Part shown: positions 8,457 to 17,360 of the stretch, one piece after another
Layout of the letters: every line of letters begins with the position of its first letter
Numbering within the stretch: the first letter of the stretch is position 1
Notes under the pieces: generated by a model
Seen by the model: the letters and a program-made list of their open reading frames with translations, nothing else
Told to the model about the DNA's origin: nothing
The model's database searches: none
Assembly (NCBI GenBank): GCA_963677485.1
Contig: OY781964.1
Coordinates: 448,001 to 512,000 of the forward strand
DNA: 64,000 nt
From: Armatimonadota bacterium
GTDB taxonomy: Bacteria > Armatimonadota > HRBIN16
Direction: 5' to 3'
Program-made: the position numbers and the translations under genes

Positions 8457-9797
8457 ATGCAACGCAACACAATATTAGCTCTCGTAGCATCAGCTTGTGC
8501 TGTCGTGGCCATCGCGGCCTCGCCTGCAGCCAAGCTCTATCTCAAGGAGCGCTTCATTGGGGGGGAACCGCCAGCCCCCAATGTCATCACCGTCTGGCAC
8601 CCCTGGGGAGGCACCAACAAAGACAAGCTGGAACAAACAGCCCGCATCTTTGAGAAGAGCCACCCTGGCCTGAAAGTAAACCTCGTCTTCGTATCGAACA
8701 ACCTGGGAGCTGGGCAGAAGTTCTTCACATCAGTAGCCGCAGGTAAGGCACCGGATGTCACATTTGTTGACGGGCCGCAAGTACCGGAATGGGCGGTTCA
8801 AGGCGCTATTCAATCTTTGAATAAGTATATTAAGCGAGATAAGGTCAACCCTAACGACTTTTTCAAGCCCTGTTGGGACCAAAACCGGTGGGAAGGTCAG
8901 ACCTATGCGATGACTTTCTGCGCCGACCCTAACTTCGCCTTTGCCTGGAACAACGACGTGATGAAACGCGCCGGACTACCGGTCAACAGGCCACCACTAA
9001 CCATTGATGAGATGGACGCTTACAACGACAAGATGACCCAGCGGGCCAGTACAGGACGCCTGACAGGCATCGGCATCATCCCCTGGGCACAGTTCGGCGG
9101 GGCCAACTCCGTGTTTACCTGGGGCTGGGCCTTTGGTGGCGACTTCTACGATGCCAAAAACCGCAAGATCATCGCGGACAAGACCAAAGTGATGGACGCC
9201 TTCAAATGGATGATGTCATATGCGAAAAAGTATGATGCCACCAAGATCGCCAGCCTGTCACAAGGGTTTGGAAGCCTGGAGCAAGACCCCTTCTATACCG
9301 GCACCATCGGTATGCGCTGCTTCCACATCTACCAGGTCAACGACCAAAAGACCTACGCACCGAAGCTGAACTACGGGCTGGGATACATCCCCTACCCCAA
9401 AGGCGGCGAAAAGAACAGCTCCTGGGTGGGCGGCTGGTGCATGGCACTGCCACGCGGCTGTAAAAATCCTGACAACGGCTGGGAGTTCATCCGCTGGATG
9501 TGCGCCACTAAAGAAGGCACCAATACGATGGCGACCCTGAATGGCCTGTTCCCCGGTTTGAAAACCTGCCCATACTTTGAGACCATCAAGAACGACCCTA
9601 AATACGGTGTTTTCCTGGAAGTCATCAAAAACTGCAAACATCAGCGACCGGTGATGCCAGCCCAGAGCTACTTCATGCAGCAGTTGGAGCGCGCGTGTGA
9701 CCAAGCTACCAATGGGCTAAAAACACCAGAGCAGGCACTGCGTGACGCCGTGAGGGAAACGCAGGCTGAGCTTGATCTCAGGTTAAAGGGGAAGTAA
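8457..9797 (+). CDS. Carbohydrate ABC transporter (CUT1) substrate-binding protein
   Basis: N-terminal signal; ITVWHPW, AAGKAPDV, GGWCMALP and TPEQAL match SBP_bac_1; followed by two permeases. Confidence 0.92.
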   Translation: MQRNTILALVASACAVVAIAASPAAKLYLKERFIGGEPPAPNVITVWHPWGGTNKDKLEQTARIFEKSHPGLKVNLVFVSNNLGAGQKFFTSVAAGKAPDVTFVDGPQVPEWAVQGAIQSLNKYIKRDKVNPNDFFKPCWDQNRWEGQTYAMTFCADPNFAFAWNNDVMKRAGLPVNRPPLTIDEMDAYNDKMTQRASTGRLTGIGIIPWAQFGGANSVFTWGWAFGGDFYDAKNRKIIADKTKVMDAFKWMMSYAKKYDATKIASLSQGFGSLEQDPFYTGTIGMRCFHIYQVNDQKTYAPKLNYGLGYIPYPKGGEKNSSWVGGWCMALPRGCKNPDNGWEFIRWMCATKEGTNTMATLNGLFPGLKTCPYFETIKNDPKYGVFLEVIKNCKHQRPVMPAQSYFMQQLERACDQATNGLKTPEQALRDAVRETQAELDLRLKGK

Positions 9798-9800
9798 CTG

Positions 9801-10724
9801 ATGAGCCAGGACTTACAACACCGAAAATATGTCGGCGCAATCGAGCGCCGAAACCAGCGGAACGGCATACTGTTCTGTCTGCCATCGATCATCGGTTTGG
9901 CACTATTCACAGCCTTCCCGATTTTGGCATCCTTCTATTTCAGCTTCTGTAACTACGATGGACTGAACCCAGCGAAGTGGATAGGCTCCGCAAACTACGA
10001 GCGGCTGCTAACAGACCCTCTGGTGAAAGTGTCGCTTTACAACACCTTCTACTATGCCATCATCGCTGTGCCGCTAGGTATCGTGGTGGCCTACATACTG
10101 GCATTGCTGCTGAACCAGAAGGTGAAGGGCATGGCGTTATTCCGAACGCTCTTCTTCCTGCCCAGCATCGTGCCGACGGTCGCTAGCTCCGTGCTTTGGT
10201 TGTGGATATTGAACCCGCAATATGGTTTGATCAACGCCATCATTGAGAAGGTCACCCATCACGCAGGACCAGGATGGATGTCGGACCCGCACCTCGCGAA
10301 ATGGGGCCTCATTATGATGAGCACCTGGGGCGTGGGCGGATCGATGCTGATCTTCCTGGCGGGATTGCAGAATGTGCCGCAGGACCTTCTTGATGCCGCC
10401 GAGGTTGATGGCGCCACCCCATGGTATAAACTATGGCACGTCACCATCCCGATGACCAGTCCACAGATATTCTTCAACCTGATCATGGGCGTGATCGGCT
10501 CGCTGCAGTACTTCACGCAAGCCTACGTCATGACCGGCGGTATGGGAACCCCTGCCGACAGCACCCTGTTCTTCGCGCTCTATCTGTTCAAAAACGCCTT
10601 TATGGACTTCAAAATGGGCTACGCCAGTGCCATGGCCTGGCTGCTGTTTGTGGTCACCCTGGTGCTCACACTGGGCATCTTTAAAGGCTCAGATAAGCAC
10701 GTGTACTACGGGGGAGGGCGCTAA
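9801..10724 (+). CDS. Carbohydrate ABC transporter permease (MalF/UgpA type)
   Basis: Six hydrophobic segments; EAA loop LLDAAEVDGA; MGYASAMAW. Confidence 0.95.
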   Translation: MSQDLQHRKYVGAIERRNQRNGILFCLPSIIGLALFTAFPILASFYFSFCNYDGLNPAKWIGSANYERLLTDPLVKVSLYNTFYYAIIAVPLGIVVAYILALLLNQKVKGMALFRTLFFLPSIVPTVASSVLWLWILNPQYGLINAIIEKVTHHAGPGWMSDPHLAKWGLIMMSTWGVGGSMLIFLAGLQNVPQDLLDAAEVDGATPWYKLWHVTIPMTSPQIFFNLIMGVIGSLQYFTQAYVMTGGMGTPADSTLFFALYLFKNAFMDFKMGYASAMAWLLFVVTLVLTLGIFKGSDKHVYYGGGR

Positions 10725-10726
10725 GC

Positions 10727-11581
10727 ATGAGAAAGCGAAACACGCTGTCGAACTACATCGGCTTTGCGCTGCTGGTGATACTTAGCACCATCTTCACTCT
10801 GCCTTTTTACTGGCTTGTGACCAGTTCGTTCAAGACGAACGAGAACCTGAACAAGTTCCCACCGCAACTCTGGCCTACGCCAGCCACCAGTGAGCACTAT
10901 GTGCTCAGCCTGATAGGCAAGGCCTCCGAAGGTATCGTGCCGTTGCCGTGGGGGTTGTTCCTCTTGAACACCGTCATCATCTGCGTGCTGAGTGTGGCGG
11001 GTGTGCTGATCAGCAGCTCGCTGGTGGCTTATGGCCTGTCGCGCATTCAGTGGAAAGGCAGCAACGCGCTGTTCTGGTTACTGATCAGCACGATGATGCT
11101 TCCGGGTCAGGTGACTATGATCCCCATGTTCGCCATGTTCACGAAGTTCGGCTGGGTTGATACCTTCCTGCCGCTCGTGGTTCCAGCATTCACAGGTCAG
11201 GCCTTCAACATCTTCTTGTTGAGGCAGTTCTACCTGACGGTGCCGCAGGCGATCACCGAGGCGGCGCGTCTAGACGGCTGCAATGAGTTCCAGATATACC
11301 GCAGGATCATGCTGCCGTTGGCCGTGCCCGCATTGGCCACCGTTGGTCTGTTCACCTTCATTGGAAGCTGGAACGACTTCATGGGTCCATTGATCTACCT
11401 CTTCGATGAGAGCCGTTACACGCTGTCTCTGGGACTTCAGATGTTCCTCAGCCAGTATGGCAACTTCTTCGGGCGCCTGATGGCCATGTCCACATTGATG
11501 GTCATCCCGATTATCCTGCTGTTCTTCTTCGCACAGAAGACGTTCATCCAGGGAATCACCATGGGCGGCGTGAAGGAATAA
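10727..11581 (+). CDS. Carbohydrate ABC transporter permease (MalG/UgpE type)
   Basis: EAARLDGC, WNDFMGPLIYL, QKTFIQGITMGGVKE. Confidence 0.95.
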   Translation: MRKRNTLSNYIGFALLVILSTIFTLPFYWLVTSSFKTNENLNKFPPQLWPTPATSEHYVLSLIGKASEGIVPLPWGLFLLNTVIICVLSVAGVLISSSLVAYGLSRIQWKGSNALFWLLISTMMLPGQVTMIPMFAMFTKFGWVDTFLPLVVPAFTGQAFNIFLLRQFYLTVPQAITEAARLDGCNEFQIYRRIMLPLAVPALATVGLFTFIGSWNDFMGPLIYLFDESRYTLSLGLQMFLSQYGNFFGRLMAMSTLMVIPIILLFFFAQKTFIQGITMGGVKE

Positions 11582-11591
11582 ACCTGCGCAC

Positions 11592-11700
11592 AGGGGCGAC
11601 CGTCGGTCGCCCCTACCCCCTGGGGACGCCAATCTCCCGATTGGCTCTCTCGTATTCTAGCCACACAGGAACATGCCAATCGGGAGATTGGCGTGCCCAG
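11592..11700. repeat. REP cluster between convergent genes: one GTAG-type REP plus an inverted pair of GCCAATC..GATTGGC REPs
   Basis: AGGGGCGACCGTCGGTCGCCCCTAC (11592-11616, same family as 59254-59281), CTGGGGACGCCAATCTCCCGATTGGC (11620-11645) and GCCAATCGGGAGATTGGCGTGCCCAG (11675-11700). Confidence 0.8.
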
Positions 11701-11720
11701 AATGGTCCCCAACCATTCCC

Positions 11721-12452
11721 CTACAAATAGCTCACGCGTCCCTTGTAGCGGGCGAGTAACGCCGCGTTGTATTCATCCCCGCCATCGAGGTTCGCGCTGC
11801 GGAACACCGGCGGTTCTACATCCATCGCCACCAGCAACGCTGATGTCTCGGCCACCAGACTGTTGATGATCGCGCAGCCGATCACGCTGCTGGTGGGTGA
11901 ACACAACCCGGGCATACCATCCACATGAACCGCGGCGTCACCGGGTACACCACAGTTATCAATCACCAAATCGACCACTTCAAACAGCCTGGAGCTGCCC
12001 GCTCTTGCCGCCACAGACTGACTGTATTTCATATTTGTGATGGCCACCACCTTCGCGCCTCGCTGCCGCCCGATCTGAGCCGCCTCTACCGCCACCGCAT
12101 TCCGGCCCGACACGCTGTGTACAATCATCACATCACTGGGCGTGATATCCACGCCCTTCATGAATACACCGGCATACCCCGGCAAACGTTCCAGATCGCT
12201 TGTGGTGGGGAAAGGCCGCACATCTGGGGTCAGACCGGTCGGCACGATCGGGCTTACGCAGGCCAGCCCTCCCGCGCGATAGAACATCTCGTAGGCCAGT
12301 ATGAAGGCATGGCTGGCTCCGAAGGTGTGGATCACGCGACCCGCAGCGATTGCTTCTGCCATCCACTCCGCGGTGGTATGGATCGCTTCATTCTGCGTAG
12401 CCTGAAGTTCATCCAGTTGCTGCCGTATGATATCCAAATATTGCTCTAGCAT
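11721..12452 (-). CDS. SIS-domain sugar isomerase-like protein (UPF0309 type)
   Basis: HTFGASHA, EMFYRAGGL, HSVSGRN, VIDNCGVPGDA and PPVFRSANLDGGD; ATG at 12452 after GGGAG (alternative GTG at 12461). Confidence 0.88.
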   Translation of the reverse strand: MLEQYLDIIRQQLDELQATQNEAIHTTAEWMAEAIAAGRVIHTFGASHAFILAYEMFYRAGGLACVSPIVPTGLTPDVRPFPTTSDLERLPGYAGVFMKGVDITPSDVMIVHSVSGRNAVAVEAAQIGRQRGAKVVAITNMKYSQSVAARAGSSRLFEVVDLVIDNCGVPGDAAVHVDGMPGLCSPTSSVIGCAIINSLVAETSALLVAMDVEPPVFRSANLDGGDEYNAALLARYKGRVSYL

Positions 12453-12596
12453 CTCAAGCACTCCCGTGGGATTTCGTTCAATTCAGTTTACCGTATCATG
12501 TTTCAGCAGGGAATGGTAGCTGAGGTGGCGTAATAGTAACTAAACGGTCTCTGAATGAGAGATACCTCAAGACGCACAAGGAGAACTCATACGCAT

Positions 12597-13403
12597 ATGT
12601 TCAGCACATCACAGCTTCAAAACGGCTGGAACCAACTGGTCTCACCCGGTGAAATGCAATACCTCAGCTTCGGAGTTTGGAGCGCAGAGGTGGGTCAGCA
12701 CTACACACTGTTCAGTGAACAGAATGAGGTCGCCATCGTCGTGCTATCGGGTAAAGTGGATGTCAGCGGTGCTGATGTCAATATGAAGGGCTTTGGTGGG
12801 CGTACCAACGTCTTCCAGTCTCCCGGACACAGCCTCTACCTACCCAACAATATCGAGATCACCCTCACCGCCACGGAACCCACAGAAGTGGCCATCATCA
12901 GCACGGCTGTGGAGGTTTCGGGGCCTGTCTGCGTGATCCGTCCTGAGCAGGTTGCCATCAAGAGCGTGGGCATACACAACTGGCGGCGTGACGTTCGCGA
13001 TATCATCGACAAGCGTGTACCCGCGAAACGGCTGATCGTGGGCGAAACCATCAACCCGCCCGGTAACTGGAGCAGTTGGCCGCCACACAAACATGATGTG
13101 GACGACTATCCTGTGGAAGTATGCCAAGAAGAGGTTTACTTCTATAAGGTGATGCCCTCGGATAGTTTTGGGTTTCAGAGAACCTACACGGACGACCGCA
13201 GCCTGGATGCCGCTTATGTGATCGAACAGAACTCGGTTGTCAAGATTGACAAGGGGTATCACCCGGTGGCAGCCGCTCCCGGCACGCAGCTTTACTACCT
13301 GTGGGCTCTGGCAGGCGAGCAGCGCGAGTTGATCCCGCACGATGCACCCAACTTCGCCTGGATGAAAAACGCAGAGGCGATCATACGCGAGGTCAAGCGG
13401 TAA
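12597..13403 (+). CDS. iolB: 5-deoxy-glucuronate isomerase (IolB family)
   Basis: GETINPPGNWSSWPPHKHD, EEVYFYK, GFQRTY and GYHPVAAAPG..YYLW are IolB signatures. Confidence 0.88.
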   Translation: MFSTSQLQNGWNQLVSPGEMQYLSFGVWSAEVGQHYTLFSEQNEVAIVVLSGKVDVSGADVNMKGFGGRTNVFQSPGHSLYLPNNIEITLTATEPTEVAIISTAVEVSGPVCVIRPEQVAIKSVGIHNWRRDVRDIIDKRVPAKRLIVGETINPPGNWSSWPPHKHDVDDYPVEVCQEEVYFYKVMPSDSFGFQRTYTDDRSLDAAYVIEQNSVVKIDKGYHPVAAAPGTQLYYLWALAGEQRELIPHDAPNFAWMKNAEAIIREVKR

Positions 13404-13419
13404 CGCAGGAGGTATAATC

Positions 13420-14649
13420 ATGAAACGCTACGCATTTGCAGGGGCTAGCGGACGGTGCGACGGTATGTATGCCCGTCCGATGTTTGAGCAGTATGCCGAC
13501 ACCTGCCAGTTGGTGGGCATCTATGACATCAATGTCGTGCGGTCCAACTACATCAGCAAGCGGTGCGGTGACATCCCTGTCTTCACGGACTTCGACGAGA
13601 TGCTGCGCGTGGGCAAACCCGATGTCGTGGTGGTGACCACCAAAGACTGCTTCCACCACGAGTACATCATCCGTGCGCTGGAAGCCGGATGTGACGCCAT
13701 CACCGAAAAGCCGATGACCACAGACGACGCCAAGGTGCGTGCGATCCGCGAGGCTGAGAAACGGACCGGCAAGAAGGTGATCGTCACCTTCAACTACCGA
13801 TATGCGCCGTACATCAGCCGCGTCAAGGAGCTGCTCCGCGAGGGGCTGGTGGGAGACATCCTACACGTGGACTTCGAGTGGGTGCTGGACACGCATCACG
13901 GTGCTGACTACTTCCGGCGCTGGCACCGCATGGTGGAAAACGGAGGCAGCCTGCTGGTTCATAAGGCCACCCATCACTTTGATATGGTCAACTGGTGGAT
14001 CGAAGATGACCCGCAGCAAGTTCATGCCTATGGCAGCCTGCGGTTCTATGGAGCCGCCGGCAAAATCCGCGGTGAACGCTGTCTGGGCTGTCAGCATTCC
14101 AACGACTGTGAATACTGGTGGGACATCACAGCAAATGAGCAGACACGGCAGTTTTACTACGAAGCCGAATCTGAGGATAGCTACCACCGCGACGGCTGCG
14201 TGTTTGACCCAGAGATCAATATCTGGGACACCATGAGCCTGAACGTGAAATACCAGCACGGCCCACTGATGACCTACAGCCTGATTGCACACAGCCCATA
14301 CGAAGGCTGGCGGGCCACCATCAGCGGTACCAATGGCCGCATTGAGGCATGGGAATATCATAGCCGCAACTACCAGGCCGAGGCCGATTACCAGACCATC
14401 CACTACTATAACCGCAAGAACGAGCTGGTGGAGTATCATGTGCCAAAAGCTCGCAGCGGTCATGGCGGCGGTGACACGCTGTTGCGCGACCACCTGTTCA
14501 TCGAGAAGGATCACAAAGATCCGCTCGGGTTGCGCGCTGGAAGCTGGGGAGGCTCGATGTCGGTGCTCATCGGAGTGGCCGCCAGGGAGAGTATCTACCA
14601 GCAAAAGCCGATCAATATCGCGGATCTGATCCGGGAATCGCTCCCTTAA
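13420..14649 (+). CDS. Gfo/Idh/MocA-family oxidoreductase (YteT-like)
   Basis: ITEKPMT, TFNYRY, HGADYFRRWHR, HKATHHFD and GHGGGD; strong RBS AGGAGG. Confidence 0.9.
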   Translation: MKRYAFAGASGRCDGMYARPMFEQYADTCQLVGIYDINVVRSNYISKRCGDIPVFTDFDEMLRVGKPDVVVVTTKDCFHHEYIIRALEAGCDAITEKPMTTDDAKVRAIREAEKRTGKKVIVTFNYRYAPYISRVKELLREGLVGDILHVDFEWVLDTHHGADYFRRWHRMVENGGSLLVHKATHHFDMVNWWIEDDPQQVHAYGSLRFYGAAGKIRGERCLGCQHSNDCEYWWDITANEQTRQFYYEAESEDSYHRDGCVFDPEINIWDTMSLNVKYQHGPLMTYSLIAHSPYEGWRATISGTNGRIEAWEYHSRNYQAEADYQTIHYYNRKNELVEYHVPKARSGHGGGDTLLRDHLFIEKDHKDPLGLRAGSWGGSMSVLIGVAARESIYQQKPINIADLIRESLP

Positions 14650-14807
14650 ACGTCTCCATCAATGCCGGGTGGCTCGATCATATCTAGCCACTTGCACCCG
14701 CATTAAGATTGTGTTATGACGTACTGGAGCTATGCTCTGGGTCCATCCTTGGCCCACCGGATCGGGAATACCATATCACGAGATCGGTACGTAGTATAGG
14801 AGGCAAT

Positions 14808-15104
14808 ATGACCATAGTTGTCAACCGACGCGGAGTGTTCACCTTGAGTGAAAAAGCCGAAAAGCGGTTGAGAGAACTAGGCCTGAGCGAAGAGCTTGCA
14901 GAAAGATTTCGTTACGATCGTCGTTTAGACCGCAGTCACCCGCTATTGGTGAAGGTGGTTGAGGAGCTTGGACTAGAGGCTAACGGCAGCTATGCCGATT
15001 TAGCACTGGTTGAGGTTCCTGATGACACCAAGTGGTATGTCGCTAGTTGGTACGGTCGCGAAGTCGTCAAAGGCTCAAACCGCATATGGCCTGAGAAATT
15101 CTAA
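14808..15104 (+). CDS. Small hypothetical protein resembling a widespread phage family
   Basis: RBS AGGAGG; pattern IVVNR..F.LS...R.HP.LVKVVEELG..ANG.YA.L..VE.PDD..W......G.E.V....R.W resembles phage hypothetical proteins I recognise from memory; followed by its own terminator. Confidence 0.7.
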   Translation: MTIVVNRRGVFTLSEKAEKRLRELGLSEELAERFRYDRRLDRSHPLLVKVVEELGLEANGSYADLALVEVPDDTKWYVASWYGREVVKGSNRIWPEKF

Positions 15105-15124
15105 TCCATCTTTCCATCCATTTC

Positions 15125-15155
15125 AGTCCCTGGGTTATCACCCAGGGACTTTTTT
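15125..15155 (+). terminator. Rho-independent terminator
   Basis: 11-bp stem AGTCCCTGGGT/ACCCAGGGACT, 4-nt loop, then a T-tract. Confidence 0.9.
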
Positions 15156-15214
15156 GTTGGGGCCGGGGCCGCACTGCCCGCGGGCCAACTCCCGAAGCTC
15201 CCATCCGATGCCCC

Positions 15215-17050
15215 CTATGTGCGGAAGAACTCGTAGATGCGCTCTGCTAGCGCCGGGGTGATGCCAGGGCACTGGATCAACTGGTCCACGCCCGCATCGC
15301 GCACCTTACTGACGCTTCGGAAGTGCTTGATCAACGCCCGTTTGCGCGTGGGGCCGATGCCCTCAATCTCATCCAAAGCACTGCTGGTGGAGCGCTTGAG
15401 CCGTAGTTTGCGGTTATACTCGATGCTGAATCGGTGCGCCTCATCACGAACATGCATCAGCAACAGCAGCTCTGGGGCCTCCTTGAGTATTAACATCGGC
15501 TCACTCTGGTTGGGCAGGAAGACCTCTTCAAACCGCTTCGCTAATCCCAGGGCAGGGATGCTGAGCTTCTGCTCCGCCAGCACCTCCATGCAGATGCCAA
15601 GCTGTCCCTTCCCGCCATCGATCAGCAGCAGGTCGGGCAGCTCTCGGAATTTGGGGTTGTTCGCCTTCGCTTCGTTGAACCGCCTGGTCAACACCTCGCG
15701 CATCATCTCATAGTCATTGGGGGCGTCGTACTCCATCTTAATGGCAAACCGGCGGTAGTCCTTCCGGCTGGGGGCAGCGTCCTTCATCACTACCATCACG
15801 CCCACGCTGTCGTGCCCCTGCAGTGTGGAGATGTCATACGCTTCGATGCGCCGCGGCAGCTGCGGCAGCTTCAGACGCGCCTGCAGGGCCAACATGGCGG
15901 CCTCCTGGCGCGCGTGCGACTTGCTGTAGCGGTCGTGCTCCTGCTCCAGCGTGAGACGGGCGTTGGTCACCGCCATGTCCAGCAGGTTCTTGCGTTCGCC
16001 ACGCTGCGGCACCAACATCGCCACCTTGTGCCCCTGCTTCTGCCGGAGCCACTGCTCTATGATATGCGCCTCTTCCACTTGGGCTGGCATGATGATCTCG
16101 CTGGGGATGTCCTGGCTCTGCTGGTAGTATTGCTTGACAAACTCCTGCAGTGCTTCGTTCTGCTCCTCTTCGGCAGCCCCTTCCAGCATGAAGTGCTGCT
16201 GGCCAATTAGCTTGCCGTTTCGGATGAAGAACATCTGAACCAGGCTCTGCTCGTTGTCCGACACAAACGCCAGGACATCCTTGTCGACCATGTCGGTATT
16301 GAGCACTTTCTGTCGTTCGTTGATCTGCTCCACCGCGGTGATCTGGTCGCGCAGGGAGGCCGCCCGCTCGAACTCCAGCTTCTCGGCCGCCGCTTCCATG
16401 CGTTCTCGCAGGTTGACAAGCACGCTCTCGGTCTTGCCCTCCAGGAACCGCTCCACACCGCGCACAGACTGCACGTAATCGTCCTTGTCGGCCAATCCGG
16501 CACAGGGAGCGGGGCATTTGCCCAGATGGTAGAAAAGACACGGTTTTTGGGGCCGCGAGGGGTTATGCTCCTTACCGCAGGTGCAGACATGGAACAGCCC
16601 GTTCAACAAGTTGATGGTTTCATAGATGGTCTTGCTGCTGGAGTACGGCCCGAAATAGCGGTCGCCGTTTTGCACCACCCTCCGCGTCAGCTTCAAGCGT
16701 GGGTATGCTTCGCTTTTGGTGAGCACTAAAAATGGGTAGTGTTTGTCATCACGCAGCCGGATGTTGTAGTTCGGCCGGTAGCGTTTGATCAGGTTGCATT
16801 CCAGCACCAGTGCTTCCAGCTCGGTGTCGGTGACGATCCACTCAAGGTCAGCGATTTTCCGCACCAGCCGTTTGGTCTTGTTGCTGTGGTTTACGCTGGC
16901 TTGAAAGTAGCTTCGCACGCGGTTACGCAGATTCACCGCTTTGCCTACATATATCACCACCTCGTGCTCATCACGGTAGATGTAACAACCGGAGTTGGTG
17001 GGAAGCATCCTCAGCTTCTCTTCAATATGTTCTTGAAATTGCTTGTTCAC
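15215..17050 (-). CDS. uvrC: Excinuclease ABC subunit C
   Basis: GIY-YIG YVGKAVNLRNRVRSYF, Cys cluster, UVR domain FERAASLRDQI, RIEAYDIS, LIDGGKGQL, RDEAHRF and C-terminal HhH. Confidence 0.98.
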   Translation of the reverse strand: MNKQFQEHIEEKLRMLPTNSGCYIYRDEHEVVIYVGKAVNLRNRVRSYFQASVNHSNKTKRLVRKIADLEWIVTDTELEALVLECNLIKRYRPNYNIRLRDDKHYPFLVLTKSEAYPRLKLTRRVVQNGDRYFGPYSSSKTIYETINLLNGLFHVCTCGKEHNPSRPQKPCLFYHLGKCPAPCAGLADKDDYVQSVRGVERFLEGKTESVLVNLRERMEAAAEKLEFERAASLRDQITAVEQINERQKVLNTDMVDKDVLAFVSDNEQSLVQMFFIRNGKLIGQQHFMLEGAAEEEQNEALQEFVKQYYQQSQDIPSEIIMPAQVEEAHIIEQWLRQKQGHKVAMLVPQRGERKNLLDMAVTNARLTLEQEHDRYSKSHARQEAAMLALQARLKLPQLPRRIEAYDISTLQGHDSVGVMVVMKDAAPSRKDYRRFAIKMEYDAPNDYEMMREVLTRRFNEAKANNPKFRELPDLLLIDGGKGQLGICMEVLAEQKLSIPALGLAKRFEEVFLPNQSEPMLILKEAPELLLLMHVRDEAHRFSIEYNRKLRLKRSTSSALDEIEGIGPTRKRALIKHFRSVSKVRDAGVDQLIQCPGITPALAERIYEFFRT

Positions 17051-17124
17051 AGATTTAGTTTAGCATGGGGGGATTGATGCGGGCCAGAAGGCGACGGGTG
17101 AGGGGGTGATCCGTATGTGTGATT

Positions 17125-17349
17125 GGCTAAGTCCGGGGCGGTCTTTCAGTACGCTAACAATCGCAACAGGCTGTAGACCGCGCCGGTCTTGTTCTCGAAA
17201 CCGAACTTAGGGGCTATCCGCCAGACCGGTGCGGTCTTGGGCCTTCTGCATCCGCTAGCCTGAGCACAGACCGCCCCGGACATAGCCTATGCTTGCAGGT
17301 AACCAAGGCGGACAGTCATTCGAAATAAAGCACCCACGCACTGTCCGCC
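17125..17349. repeat. Nested inverted-repeat (REP-like) element upstream of uvrC
   Basis: Outer IR 17125-17144 / 17268-17287 (19 of 20 match), inner IR 17175-17189 / 17223-17237 (14 of 15), plus GGCGGACAGT...ACTGTCCGCC at 17307-17349. Confidence 0.7.
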
Positions 17350-17360
17350 CCAATCACTCC

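Noticed and set aside
14808-15104. Prophage
   Set aside because: It is a single phage-like gene with no integrase, structural genes or att sites.
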